Source of the DNA: a virus
Taxonomy: Duplodnaviria; Heunggongvirae; Uroviricota; Caudoviricetes
IMG/VR virus record: IMGVR_UViG_3300018475_000095
Reading direction: 5' to 3' (one strand)
Length of the DNA stretch: 64,000 nucleotides
The notes under the pieces were generated by a model that was not told the DNA's origin, ran no database searches, and was given only the letters and a program-made list of their open reading frames with translations. This document shows positions 42,328 to 52,904 of this stretch, piece by piece. The position numbers and the translations under genes were made by a program. Numbering within the stretch: position 1 is the first letter of the stretch; each line of letters starts with the position of its first letter.

Positions 42328-42813
42328 CTATATTTTTATTATAGTATCAAAATCTATGTTAAAAGTTATAGGCACTTCTCGCATACCCCCATATCCATCG
42401 TATCTTACATACCAATTGGTTTTATCCCCATTGAAAGAAGTATCAGAAAAAATACCCATACTAACTAATGCATATATTTTATCATCATCTTGATTATACC
42501 AAACTCTATTATAATTTTCTTCTTGAAAAAAAGAATCATTTACATCTGTTATTATTCTTTTTCCAATTAAAGTTATACCTTTTGTCATTGATGATATATC
42601 ATTTTGTAAACAATATTCTTTAAATAAAGTATTAGTAAAAGGCTGTTCTGATCTATTTACTATTATAGCAGAGCATCTTTGGTGGCTGGAATATTCACCT
42701 GGTTCTTCTGTCTCTAAATTTAAATCCAAATAGTGAACATATATATTACTTCCTTCAACATCTTTAGATGTACTTATCCCTGCTATTTTATCTTTTCCTA
42801 AATATACTGCCAT
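42328..42813 (-). CDS. Hypothetical fibre-cluster protein
   Basis: Short N-terminal MAVYLGKDKIAG motif like other fibre-cluster genes. Confidence 0.4.
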   Translation of the reverse strand: MAVYLGKDKIAGISTSKDVEGSNIYVHYLDLNLETEEPGEYSSHQRCSAIIVNRSEQPFTNTLFKEYCLQNDISSMTKGITLIGKRIITDVNDSFFQEENYNRVWYNQDDDKIYALVSMGIFSDTSFNGDKTNWYVRYDGYGGMREVPITFNIDFDTIIKI

Positions 42814-42825
42814 CTAATTCTCCTT

Positions 42826-43725
42826 TTAAACACAGAAAGCAAATGAGATACCTGCTGCATTTCTAGCACCCAACATTTGTGGAGCTCCTGAACATCTGAA
42901 GAAATACATAGTTGCACCACCTTCACTACCTGATGGTGTAAGAAAAGCTATACTAGGTATCGAACGTAGCCACCAGCCTCTGGTTAATGTTGTTCCATTA
43001 ACATGTGTTTTTACTCTATCTGAATTAATTTTATCCACCCAATATTCATAAATATGGCCCTCATTAATACCACCTTCAACACCTTCACTAACAGTAAGAT
43101 TATTGCCTATATTAGCATTTTCTCCATATAACTCAATTGCACTTAATAAGAATATATTACAACTTTGGGTTATTACTGCACTATAATTTGCACCACCACC
43201 ATTTGCTGCTTTTTTATAAACGGGCTTAATAATTGATTTCCATTCGTCTGGTAATAAGTTATAAATCGTTGGTAAATCTTGTGTAGCAAAATTACTGTTA
43301 AAATAGCCACCCGCATTTGTATGCCCACCTACACTCATACCATAATCAGTATTTAAACAATTTTTCATACCTAAAGTTATACCAGCTTTACCTGTACCAT
43401 CACTTTTATCATCATGATTAAAACCTAAGAACCCAACCTCTATCACTTCACCATTTGTTAAAGTTATAGGCTTTGTATCAGTTTGCAAGTCCCAACCAAA
43501 TGTCTGTTTAACTTGAGTTGAATTATAGTTATTTTCTGATATATAAGCACTAACCGCACTTATTTGCTCTGGGGTGTTATTTGCAAATATTGGGTCAAAT
43601 TCAGGTGTAGGTGGTTGAGGAGATAATCCTTCTAACCAAAATGTTGCAAGAGAACCATCTGGAGTGTTAAAAGTTACTTTATTCACATTTTCAAATTTAT
43701 TCCCTGCTATTATTATATTTGACAT
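42826..43725 (-). CDS. Putative receptor-binding protein with DUF6273/CLec-like C-terminal domain
   Basis: IFLLSAIELYG...YEYW...WWLRS...GISFAFCV terminal pattern, same class as the DGR target. Confidence 0.6.
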   Translation of the reverse strand: MSNIIIAGNKFENVNKVTFNTPDGSLATFWLEGLSPQPPTPEFDPIFANNTPEQISAVSAYISENNYNSTQVKQTFGWDLQTDTKPITLTNGEVIEVGFLGFNHDDKSDGTGKAGITLGMKNCLNTDYGMSVGGHTNAGGYFNSNFATQDLPTIYNLLPDEWKSIIKPVYKKAANGGGANYSAVITQSCNIFLLSAIELYGENANIGNNLTVSEGVEGGINEGHIYEYWVDKINSDRVKTHVNGTTLTRGWWLRSIPSIAFLTPSGSEGGATMYFFRCSGAPQMLGARNAAGISFAFCV

Positions 43726-43740
43726 CTTATTCTCCTTTAA

Positions 43741-44610
43741 TTAAATTGCAAAATAGGTTTTTACACCTGCAATTGTATTAGTTGATAACCAAATCAATCT
43801 AGCAGACCATTGTAAATTCATAAAATAATATACTTCACTTACTGGATTTAGATAAGGTGTTCTCAATAGTTGAATTATTGCTATTGAATCAGATGATGTA
43901 GGTCCTAACATATTTTTAATTCTACCTGGGTCCGTAACAGGCACAGAAGTTAAAGTTCTACCATTATAATAATAGTCAAATAAATGCCCTTCTTGTGCAT
44001 AATAAGCATTGGTAACATCAATTGATATTTCAGATGCTGCTGCACAGAACATCTTATTATTACTATAACTGATTTCAGTTGAGCCATCTCCTATAGTAGA
44101 TGCTATTTTTACCTCACTTACAATTTCTTGCCATTCAGCTGGTAATAAATTAAATGCTTCTGGCATTGAAACAGTATTTGCTAATGAGGTTGCCCAACCT
44201 CCTGTGTTTCCAGAAGATAAATCAGAATGTTTACCTGTGATAGCAGGAACATCATAATTTACACCATTAATTTCAGTTACTTCACAAAGCATAAATACAC
44301 CGTTAGATGTCCCACCATTGACTTTTTCGTATCTTGCTCTTTGTTTATCAACTAGTTTTAATTGCCTAATTTTACCATCAGTGCAATTAATATTTATAAT
44401 ATCGCCATCTACTGAAGACCAAGTATCAGGCACCATATCATGATCAAAAGCAAATTTGATAACTTTAGGGCTATTATTTGATAAAATAGGATCAATATAA
44501 GGTGGTATATCACTCTCTTCAATAAAAGTAACAGTTTCACCTAAATCATTTTTAAAATTTAATTTAGATATATTATTATAAATTTTACCATTAATTATTA
44601 TATCTTTCAT
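43741..44610 (-). CDS. Paralogous putative receptor-binding protein (DUF6273/CLec-like)
   Basis: Shares N-terminus and LLP.EW...MFCAAASEI...LLRTP...YFAI with its neighbour. Confidence 0.55.
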   Translation of the reverse strand: MKDIIINGKIYNNISKLNFKNDLGETVTFIEESDIPPYIDPILSNNSPKVIKFAFDHDMVPDTWSSVDGDIININCTDGKIRQLKLVDKQRARYEKVNGGTSNGVFMLCEVTEINGVNYDVPAITGKHSDLSSGNTGGWATSLANTVSMPEAFNLLPAEWQEIVSEVKIASTIGDGSTEISYSNNKMFCAAASEISIDVTNAYYAQEGHLFDYYYNGRTLTSVPVTDPGRIKNMLGPTSSDSIAIIQLLRTPYLNPVSEVYYFMNLQWSARLIWLSTNTIAGVKTYFAI

Positions 44611-44611
44611 C

Positions 44612-44899
44612 TTATATTAACCTCTCTACTGTTGGTTGTTCTATGGTAATATCTTGCCAAGAATCACCTAACCAAACATATGTATGACCTTTTATATAAG
44701 TTCCATCATCAATACATACATATGTATTATTTGCTCTTAAAAAAGCAGATAAAGAATTATCTAACAAAGCTTCATTCATTATACTATTAGATATACTATT
44801 TTCAGGTAAATCTTTTATTATATAAATTTTATCTGGGTCTATTAATTGCTGTTTTACTTGTTCAAGATTACCTTCCACTATTCCTTTTAAAAATGTCAT
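44612..44899 (-). CDS. Small fibre adaptor module (paralog family of four)
   Basis: YVCIDDGTYIKGHTYVWLGDSWQDIT motif shared with 47032, 53065 and 62764. Confidence 0.55.
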   Translation of the reverse strand: MTFLKGIVEGNLEQVKQQLIDPDKIYIIKDLPENSISNSIMNEALLDNSLSAFLRANNTYVCIDDGTYIKGHTYVWLGDSWQDITIEQPTVERLI

Positions 44900-44908
44900 T
44901 TATTTCTC

Positions 44909-46981
44909 CTATAAATTTTCAATGCCTGCGGCTTCTATAAACTCTTCATAAGTATAATTATATCTAATTGGTGCGTATGAGCCATTTCCTAGTTTATTAA
45001 ATTCAGTTGGCAATACAGATGATTTACTTGAAGAAGCTGTGTATATAACTGCATTGTCTTCATGTATACCAAAAAAGCTATTTAAAAATCTTTGGTCTGC
45101 ATATTGGTTTGTTTGAGGATTAAATGTTGTTATATTAGCTAAATCATAAAAATAAATATTTAATGGTTTTTCAGGTTCATAAGCTGATCTATAAAAGCAG
45201 TTAGCACCGATAGATTTAACAGTTGCAGGAACGATAATTAAATCTAACTTAGCACAAGGTCCAAAAGCATCCACTGCAATAGATGTAACTCCATCTGGTA
45301 TAATTATTCTTTGTATAGTATGGTCACAGTAGATTGCATGCTTTCCTATTGTTTTTAAGTTACTTGGTAATTGAAGAGATGTTAGATTTGTGCTTGTAAA
45401 ACACCTTTCACCAAGACTCAGCATAGAATCTGGAAGTAAAACATTTTCTAAATCAAAACAAGAATCAAATAAATAATTGGAACTATTTACATGACAAGCA
45501 GATATGTCTACTGATTTCAATGATTCGCAATAATAAAACGCTCCTTGGTTTATATTTCCACCTAAAACAACTAAATTTGTTAAAGAGTTAGGTAAATAAT
45601 AAGTTGTAGAGTAGTTATTGTAGTTACGAGCATCATAAGTTAAATCACTTGATGCAGTCCCGCTGAATAAAATAGCAAATGCTGTATCTGTAGAATAGGT
45701 TGTAGCAGTTCCAGTTGTCCCAACAAATGGTATAGTTAAGTTAGTCAAAGATGTACAATTTTTTAAAAGACCCGCTGTTAAACTAATAATAGATGTAGGT
45801 ATATATAAATCTGTCAAGCCACTGCAACCAGAGAATACATAATTGCCCAAAGATGTAATTGTATCTGGTATAGTTATATTTTTAAATCCTGTACAATTAT
45901 TAAAAGCATAACTTCCAATAGATGTAACAGAACTTGGTAGATTTAACTCTGTTAAAGATGTACAACCACTAAATGCATAATCACCGATACTTATTAAATT
46001 ATCATGCATATTTACATTAGTTAGATTAGTACAATTTTGAAAAGCATAATTACTTATATTAGTTATATTATTTGGAATTGTTATAGAAGATATATTTGAG
46101 CAACCTGAAAAAGCAAAATTTCCTATTGTGCTCAATGTTTCACATACACTTAAATCTATATTTTTTAATATAGTACAATTTTGAAAAGCTTTATCTGCTA
46201 TACCAGTAACTATATAATCAGCACCAGATTCGAAAGTACTTCTATACCCTATCATTTCTATTAATGTATCTACTGGCTGTGACATCATTTTGGATTGTAA
46301 CTCTGAGTAATTATTAAATTGCTGTTCACCAAAATACACAGGATAAGATAGTAATCTTGGTATATTCCAAAGAGCACCTGTTGAACCTTCTTTAGCTTTA
46401 AAAGATATTAATTTTGCGTCAGTTGGAAAATCAGTAGTTAAATTATTATATAATTCACTTGCCGTAGCGTATGTTTTTGAATTGGTAGAATTACTTAAAG
46501 TTATGTCATAGATTGCATCTTCACCGTTACTTATTATATTAGACCATATCCAGTTATAGCTATAATTTAAATCAGCACCTATAATTGTCTCAACTGAACC
46601 AATACTATATGTTCTAGGGATTACAATATTTTCATCTTCTCCTATATAATCAGTTATCAACCCTGCATCATTAAACATAAATAAACTTGCGTCTGTTGTG
46701 TAAGCATCATCACTTATAGCATCTATTGATATATTGTTTCCAAAATTAACTACAAAAGAAGAATTTATTTTTATTGATTTATTATTTAATTTAGCTTTTG
46801 ATAAAAAGTAACCATCATCAGGTGTAATTTCTATAGTGTAGTTTCCTAGAGATAACACTTTTTTACCCTGAGATATTTCATGTCCGTTCTCGTCTTTAAC
46901 TACAACAGATGTGTACTCAGAATTGATTATTAAATCACCTCTATAATTATCTGTTATTTGACTGCCTAATTTAATATTCAT
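44909..46981 (-). CDS. BspA/TpLRR (LRR_5) leucine-rich-repeat protein
   Basis: Repeats such as ITIPNNITNISNYAFQNCTNLT and LPSSVTSIGSYAFNNC. Confidence 0.9.
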   Translation of the reverse strand: MNIKLGSQITDNYRGDLIINSEYTSVVVKDENGHEISQGKKVLSLGNYTIEITPDDGYFLSKAKLNNKSIKINSSFVVNFGNNISIDAISDDAYTTDASLFMFNDAGLITDYIGEDENIVIPRTYSIGSVETIIGADLNYSYNWIWSNIISNGEDAIYDITLSNSTNSKTYATASELYNNLTTDFPTDAKLISFKAKEGSTGALWNIPRLLSYPVYFGEQQFNNYSELQSKMMSQPVDTLIEMIGYRSTFESGADYIVTGIADKAFQNCTILKNIDLSVCETLSTIGNFAFSGCSNISSITIPNNITNISNYAFQNCTNLTNVNMHDNLISIGDYAFSGCTSLTELNLPSSVTSIGSYAFNNCTGFKNITIPDTITSLGNYVFSGCSGLTDLYIPTSIISLTAGLLKNCTSLTNLTIPFVGTTGTATTYSTDTAFAILFSGTASSDLTYDARNYNNYSTTYYLPNSLTNLVVLGGNINQGAFYYCESLKSVDISACHVNSSNYLFDSCFDLENVLLPDSMLSLGERCFTSTNLTSLQLPSNLKTIGKHAIYCDHTIQRIIIPDGVTSIAVDAFGPCAKLDLIIVPATVKSIGANCFYRSAYEPEKPLNIYFYDLANITTFNPQTNQYADQRFLNSFFGIHEDNAVIYTASSSKSSVLPTEFNKLGNGSYAPIRYNYTYEEFIEAAGIENL

Positions 46982-47031
46982 CTATTATCCTCTTATAACA
47001 TAAGTTAAGTATTTCTATAAAACTATTTTAA

Positions 47032-47679
47032 TTATATTCTTGTTATTGTTAATGCATTTAATACTTCTAATGCTGTTATATTATTTTCAGTAGTAGTTAA
47101 CCCAACTGCTTGTAACTGCTCTGAATCATTTCTTGTTATAGTTACATTATCAACTTCTGCTTTAATTTCTTTATATGTACCATCATCAGAAAGATATTTA
47201 GTTCCATCTCCATTATTAATTAAAACGGATGTAGTAGTTTCTAATATAGAGATGTCTTGTTCTATGTTAGATATATCTCTTTCTGCTTCAACTATATCTG
47301 ATTGCACAGTATTTAGACCATTAATCAAATCATCTAATGAGCTATCTATCTGACTAAATTTTTGTGCTATATTTGTCCCAGTGCTGTCGGTTTCTGCTGA
47401 TGTTTTTGTTATGTCTTCCCAAGAATCCCCAGTAAATTTATATAAATTTCCTTTTATATACGTTCCATCATCAGCACACACAAAGACTTCATTTTTATTC
47501 ACAAAAGCTCTTATGAGAACATTATTTAAAATCTCTTGCATTTGATCATTTGTTATACCACTATTAGATGGAAAATCTTTAACTATATAAAGTTTGTCTT
47601 TATCTAGAGTTTCATTTTCAATTATTTGATTTATATCACCGTCAGATATACCTTTTAAATATTGCTCTGTAATAGTCAT
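47032..47679 (-). CDS. Fibre adaptor protein with coiled coil
   Basis: DDGTYIKG..YKFTGDSWEDIT module, heptad segment, GDGTKYLSDDGTYK and VDNVTITRN..LQAVG fibre motifs. Confidence 0.55.
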   Translation of the reverse strand: MTITEQYLKGISDGDINQIIENETLDKDKLYIVKDFPSNSGITNDQMQEILNNVLIRAFVNKNEVFVCADDGTYIKGNLYKFTGDSWEDITKTSAETDSTGTNIAQKFSQIDSSLDDLINGLNTVQSDIVEAERDISNIEQDISILETTTSVLINNGDGTKYLSDDGTYKEIKAEVDNVTITRNDSEQLQAVGLTTTENNITALEVLNALTITRI

Positions 47680-47691
47680 TTATGAATTCCT

Positions 47692-48051
47692 TTATAATTT
47701 TATATTGATTGTTAAATTATCTGTTACGCTTTCTATAAAAATGTTTCCATTAGAGTACACTATAGGTGTAATATTTAAGTTACCCATAAGTATCTCAACT
47801 ACAGCATTACTAATATCATAGCCCTCAAATGCAGTTATAGTAGCAGAAAAAGATTTTCTATCTAAGATATAATTAACTAATGTAGAACTAAAACAATTAG
47901 TTAAATTATAATCAACTTTAAATACTTTTCTAGCTTCTGCAATAATAGTTATATTACCATCTAATGGGCTGACTAAAATAGATGCAGCTTCACATTCTTC
48001 TGGTATTATTAACTTATTTTCAGCAAATAGTTGAATATTAATTCTCTTCAT
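47692..48051 (-). CDS. Small beta-rich protein with N-terminal INIQLFAE motif
   Basis: MKRINIQLFAENK; C-terminal part resembles bacterial B-repeat modules. Confidence 0.45.
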   Translation of the reverse strand: MKRINIQLFAENKLIIPEECEAASILVSPLDGNITIIAEARKVFKVDYNLTNCFSSTLVNYILDRKSFSATITAFEGYDISNAVVEILMGNLNITPIVYSNGNIFIESVTDNLTINIKL

Positions 48052-50917
48052 TTCCTACCTCTTCTTTTACTCTATACCAATAAGAAGTGACATAGTCACT
48101 TTTAAAATATTGAGCATTTAAACTTGCATCAGTTAAATCCACTTCTTCCCCACCAGTGTAATTTACATTAGTAGTCCTGTACCATCTACCTTCTCCTAAT
48201 ATATTTAATGTTGTAAGATTAGGACAATTATTAAAGCAATTATTTCCTATTTTTTCAACATTCTCATTAATAGTAATTTGTGTTAAATTTGCACAGTTAC
48301 TAAATGCACTTCCTTTTATAATTTTTACAGATAAAGGTAAATTTGCAGATGTAAAAGTACAATAACTAAAAGTTTGATAACCGATCTCTTCTAAAGATTC
48401 AAATCCATCTGGTTTAATACCAGATGATTGAAAACAATAATCTTTTGCTACTTTCAATTTAGGGGCTGTAACACTACTGAATTTATTACTACTAAACACA
48501 TAGTTACCAGCAGTGATTAAATTTGGGAAAGTAGCTACTTTATTTAAAGTTGAACTAACACCTGAAAAACATGAATTATCTAAAAATTCTAATTGGTTAT
48601 TAGATGGTATATTTAAAGATGTTATATAAGTTATATAATCTGTAGCTCTTTCTCCTATATATCTTAAACTTGATGGTATAGCCAAAGAAGTTATTCCTGC
48701 ATCCATGAATGATAATCCAGTTATACCTAAGAGACCATTAGGTAAAGAAACAGTTCTCAAAGCGGTTGCATCATGAAATCCTTCATGAATAAATTTACAA
48801 GAAGAATGAACGGTCATCGAAGAAGGAGTACTTGTTCTTCCTATCATTATAAAGTAAGCGTTTGAAACACTTCTTAAATACTTACCATATGAATATGTTG
48901 TATAAGGTAAACTTGTACATCCTCTAAATGCATAATTCCCTATATAAGTTATAGTATCTGGGATTCTTATATTAGATAATGATGAGCAGTTGTAAAACAT
49001 GTCATATGGAATAGATGTCATACTATCTGGCAAGGTTGCACTTCTTAAAGATGTTTGGCCCTCAAAAGTTCTTCCATAGTGATAATCAGGGTTACATCCA
49101 TCTTCAAAAGTACAAGAAATTAAGGTTGGGGTATAAGAACTAGTACCTTTTCCCATAACATAGTCTCCTAAATATTTTAAAGATTTAGGAAAGGTTATTG
49201 TTGTTAATTTATTCTGATATGCTAAAGCATAGCTATCAATCTTATTTATATTAGAATCTGCTTCAAAAACAAATGAAGATAAATTTATGCAACTTACAAA
49301 TGCATGTTGTTCTATGGTTTCAACACTCTTTGGTATAATTATTGAACTCAAATTTGGACAGTTGCTAAAACATGAAGTGCCTATAGTTTTACAAGAAGAA
49401 TTTATTTCGAATGTGCAAGTAACTATATTTGATTCCCTGAACGCTGCAGACCCTAATGACTCAACAGTATTAGGTATATTGATAGAACTTATCTTAGATA
49501 AATAAAAAGCAGAGCTTCCAATCTTTTTTATACCCATATCTAAAGGTATGATACTATTTTTTGTGCCTAATAATAAAATATTATTTGTAGTATCTATAAG
49601 ACAATTATTAACTGACACAAAATTTTTATTATGTAATACTTCTATAGTTTCTAAACTAGATGTATCACTAAAAATTCTCTCAGGTATTTCTTCTATGTTA
49701 CTTAATATGGTTAAATTTTTTACATTATTAGAAAAAGCATTTGCTCTAATTGCTTTTACTTTAAATTCAGATCCTTTGCCATAGGAATCAATAACCCCTT
49801 CAAAATTTATAGCAGTAGGAGATGTGTTACGCCACTCTATATATAAATTAGAATAAGTATCATATCTCACATCATTATAGTAAACAGGGTATATTAAAGC
49901 GTTAGCTATAGAATAATAAGCATTATTATTAGTTACATCGAATGAAATTAATTCAGCATCCTGATCTGGAAAATCAATATTTATACTATCATAAAAATCC
50001 ACTCCAGTGGTGTAAGTAATTTCTTTAGTTGAATTTTTTACAGTTATATTATTTGTATAATTTCTAAAGGAATAAATTTGAGAATAATCAAATTTACAAG
50101 TACTCACTGATATTTGATCAACGATAGAATAAGATCTTGGTATAACTATATTTTCTGAAGAGCCTACATATTTTGTTAAAGTATTCCCATCAAATTCAAA
50201 CAATGCAGGGTCTGTAGCTTCTGGGTCAAAAAATACTGATATTTCACTTATATCAACACCATTTTTTAATACTTTTATATTATCAAAATAATAACCTTCA
50301 GGAGCAATTAATTCACTCGAGTATTCATTTTTAATACTTAAAGCTGGGTTTTCTTCTAGTTCACAATCAGTTAATATAGCTTCTATTGAATAAGCGGTTA
50401 TAGATGCTTTATTTGTATTACCTAAATTATCTTTTGCCCAAACATAATAAGTACCTAAAGAATCAACTTCATACTCTCCTTCTAATTGTGTTTCAAGCCA
50501 GTAATCAGGTACCTCAGCATCTCTAGTTATATTATACCCAATGATTGGACTTTCATCAAAAATAGACCATTTAAAAGTAGTATTAGATATAGGAATAATA
50601 CTTATATTTAGGCCAACCGCTTCTACTGCTTCGCATATTATGTTTATATTTAAATCATTTTCAGGAAAAGTGCCGGGTTTATATAGAAATTTTTCACCAT
50701 TATTATATGGTATATTATTTATAAATATAGTTCTAATTTTAAAATCAGTATTAGGAATAGCATTTATAGTATAACTCTCATTATAAATCAACTTATTATT
50801 TCCAGGAGTAATTATATTGCCATTTGAATCTATTAATTCTATAATGGCATTTAATGCTTGCTCATTTAAATTACCTTTTAAATTAGATACTACTTTATCA
50901 CCTATTATAAATGCCAT
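48038..50917 (-). CDS. Large BspA/TpLRR protein (959 aa)
   Basis: Many xIPxxxxxIxxxAFxxCxxL repeats; N-terminal Ig-like modules (YYVWAKDNLGN). Confidence 0.9.
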   Translation of the reverse strand: MAFIIGDKVVSNLKGNLNEQALNAIIELIDSNGNIITPGNNKLIYNESYTINAIPNTDFKIRTIFINNIPYNNGEKFLYKPGTFPENDLNINIICEAVEAVGLNISIIPISNTTFKWSIFDESPIIGYNITRDAEVPDYWLETQLEGEYEVDSLGTYYVWAKDNLGNTNKASITAYSIEAILTDCELEENPALSIKNEYSSELIAPEGYYFDNIKVLKNGVDISEISVFFDPEATDPALFEFDGNTLTKYVGSSENIVIPRSYSIVDQISVSTCKFDYSQIYSFRNYTNNITVKNSTKEITYTTGVDFYDSINIDFPDQDAELISFDVTNNNAYYSIANALIYPVYYNDVRYDTYSNLYIEWRNTSPTAINFEGVIDSYGKGSEFKVKAIRANAFSNNVKNLTILSNIEEIPERIFSDTSSLETIEVLHNKNFVSVNNCLIDTTNNILLLGTKNSIIPLDMGIKKIGSSAFYLSKISSINIPNTVESLGSAAFRESNIVTCTFEINSSCKTIGTSCFSNCPNLSSIIIPKSVETIEQHAFVSCINLSSFVFEADSNINKIDSYALAYQNKLTTITFPKSLKYLGDYVMGKGTSSYTPTLISCTFEDGCNPDYHYGRTFEGQTSLRSATLPDSMTSIPYDMFYNCSSLSNIRIPDTITYIGNYAFRGCTSLPYTTYSYGKYLRSVSNAYFIMIGRTSTPSSMTVHSSCKFIHEGFHDATALRTVSLPNGLLGITGLSFMDAGITSLAIPSSLRYIGERATDYITYITSLNIPSNNQLEFLDNSCFSGVSSTLNKVATFPNLITAGNYVFSSNKFSSVTAPKLKVAKDYCFQSSGIKPDGFESLEEIGYQTFSYCTFTSANLPLSVKIIKGSAFSNCANLTQITINENVEKIGNNCFNNCPNLTTLNILGEGRWYRTTNVNYTGGEEVDLTDASLNAQYFKSDYVTSYWYRVKEEVGNEEN

Positions 50918-50919
50918 TA

Positions 50920-51378
50920 TTATTCTCCTTGCTCATTATATCTAGTTATTGTTAACCCAGCATGAATAGTATTACCTTTTATACTATCTGTCCCATTATA
51001 GATAACCCCTATTGCTTGTAAATCATCTTCTAGATTTTTAGTTATAGTATTATTGTCGATATTTACTGAAACATCTATAGTATTATTTTCATTATCTACG
51101 ATAACAGAAGCTGTGTTATTTGAAGATTTTCCTGTGTAAGCATCTACTTCAGAAAGCTCTATTTTTACATCTGTCTGGCCATCAAAAACAAATTCTTCTT
51201 TGTCTCCTGTTGAACTATTTTTTACAATAGTTAAATTACCTGGTGTCTTTAATACTTGACCACTTATTTCATTATTTTTATTATCTATATTTAATTTTAA
51301 AGTACCATCTGTATTTTTATATGAATACTTTTTAATTATAGTTTCAGAATTTAATTTTACATATAAGCAATTACTCAT
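50920..51378 (-). CDS. Fibre-associated protein
   Basis: IDNNTITKNLEDDLQAIG motif shared with 47032 and 57602. Confidence 0.45.
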   Translation of the reverse strand: MSNCLYVKLNSETIIKKYSYKNTDGTLKLNIDNKNNEISGQVLKTPGNLTIVKNSSTGDKEEFVFDGQTDVKIELSEVDAYTGKSSNNTASVIVDNENNTIDVSVNIDNNTITKNLEDDLQAIGVIYNGTDSIKGNTIHAGLTITRYNEQGE

Positions 51379-51395
51379 TAATATACCTCATTATA

Positions 51396-51409
51396 TAATA
51401 AATTTAGCA
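51396..51409 (-). promoter_or_regulatory. Putative late promoter motif TGCTAAATTTATTA (copy 2)
   Basis: Exact copy 17 nt upstream of ATG 51378. Confidence 0.55.
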
Positions 51410-51419
51410 GGAATAAAAA

Positions 51420-51791
51420 TTACTCCTGCATCCAAAATTCTGTTTTATCAATTATTGTAATAACGTCATAGTCATTTTCTGCTACATATTTTCTCAATTT
51501 TATTTGGTAATAATATTTACCAGGAATTAAAGCAACTGTATCTTCAGGTTCTATTTTTATCAAAATATTTCCACAATCATCATATTTTAAGGTATTTTTA
51601 TTATACTTCTTCTTAACTAACGCACACTCGAATGGTTGATTTGGTTCCATTATACCTAAATATAATTCATCTTTTTCATCTATATCATATCTAGTAGGGC
51701 ATAAATCACTCCCCTCATTTATAAATAAAGGATATTTAGCACTATCACCTCTAGTTAATTCAATCATATTATTTGAAACATTAGTTGACAT
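51420..51791 (-). CDS. BppU-like baseplate upper protein N-terminal domain
   Basis: IELTRGDS...IKIEPEDTVALIPGKYYYQIKL pattern. Confidence 0.65.
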   Translation of the reverse strand: MSTNVSNNMIELTRGDSAKYPLFINEGSDLCPTRYDIDEKDELYLGIMEPNQPFECALVKKKYNKNTLKYDDCGNILIKIEPEDTVALIPGKYYYQIKLRKYVAENDYDVITIIDKTEFWMQE

Positions 51792-52381
51792 TACTTTAAT
51801 CTCCTATAATTTTCTAAATCTTTTTCTCTTGCATTATCTAATAATTCTTTTGAGCTCATAAGTTTTGTTGCTCTTAATTTTAATAATGCTTGTTTATTCT
51901 CAATTCTTTGCTGTTTAGTTTCTTTCCATCTTTGTAAAACTTTTGTAGCAGAGAAAGATAAAACAGAAAATAGAGTTGCTGTATAAAATGTATTCATATC
52001 AGTTGCTGATTTTATAAAACCTAATGGACTTATTAAATTAAATAACCAATTAGATATTGCATTTCCAGTAACTGAATCTAAATTAAATATAACTAATAAA
52101 CCAGTTATTATGAATACTGAAAAATATACCCAATCAATTGATGATTGTTGTTTTATATTCTTTTTAGATAATTTCACTATTTTAATATCCTTATAAACTT
52201 TTTTAAACTCTTCTGATACTTCTACTGATTTTTCTTTGTTATGTATTTTTACACCAAAGAATGATAAGAATTTTAAAAACCATTTAGTTACTAAACCTAG
52301 TAACTTTTTTATTGCTTGCGTAATATGTCCAAAGGTAAAAAATAATATAACTAATAATATTGTTGATATAGCTGCTATCAT
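51791..52381 (-). CDS. Membrane protein (3 predicted TM segments)
   Basis: Hydrophobic segments at N-terminus and middle; basic C-tail. Confidence 0.5.
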   Translation of the reverse strand: MIAAISTILLVILFFTFGHITQAIKKLLGLVTKWFLKFLSFFGVKIHNKEKSVEVSEEFKKVYKDIKIVKLSKKNIKQQSSIDWVYFSVFIITGLLVIFNLDSVTGNAISNWLFNLISPLGFIKSATDMNTFYTATLFSVLSFSATKVLQRWKETKQQRIENKQALLKLRATKLMSSKELLDNAREKDLENYRRLK

Positions 52382-52382
52382 T

Positions 52383-52904
52383 TTATTTACCTCTTAAATA
52401 TTCTTCTATATACCCTGCACATGAATATTCATAATAAGTTAGACCTCTAAAATCTTGGTCTGCTATTGCTAATGCTACTTGTTTAAAATAATCTATACCA
52501 CTTTCATATAAAATTAACCAAGCATAATAGTTAGTAAACCTTTCATCAACTGTATAATATTTTAGATGAGTTATCTCATGGGTTAAAGTGAAAGTATACA
52601 TTTCTAAACTTAAACCAAATTCTATATCTATATGGAAAGTAATTAAATTTGCTTTACCTAAAACATTTCCTGGTAAATCTTTTTTTGATAAAGAATAATT
52701 TACATTTGTTAATTTATCTATTTCTTCTTTAATTATTTCTTCATTCCAGTTAAGTGGTCTTATTATATTATAATCTAATTTTGCCCAAGTATAATCCTTA
52801 TAAGGCAACATATGTATAAATTTTATTCTTACAATAAAACAAGATGCGAATATCAATAAAGCAATTGCTAATGAATCTATTATGCCCCATATTTTTTTAA
52901 ACAT
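52383..52904 (-). CDS. Membrane-anchored zinc metallopeptidase-like protein
   Basis: N-terminal TM/signal, TLTHEITHL (HExxH), downstream DERFT; start MFKKIW at 52904. Confidence 0.55.
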   Translation of the reverse strand: MFKKIWGIIDSLAIALLIFASCFIVRIKFIHMLPYKDYTWAKLDYNIIRPLNWNEEIIKEEIDKLTNVNYSLSKKDLPGNVLGKANLITFHIDIEFGLSLEMYTFTLTHEITHLKYYTVDERFTNYYAWLILYESGIDYFKQVALAIADQDFRGLTYYEYSCAGYIEEYLRGK

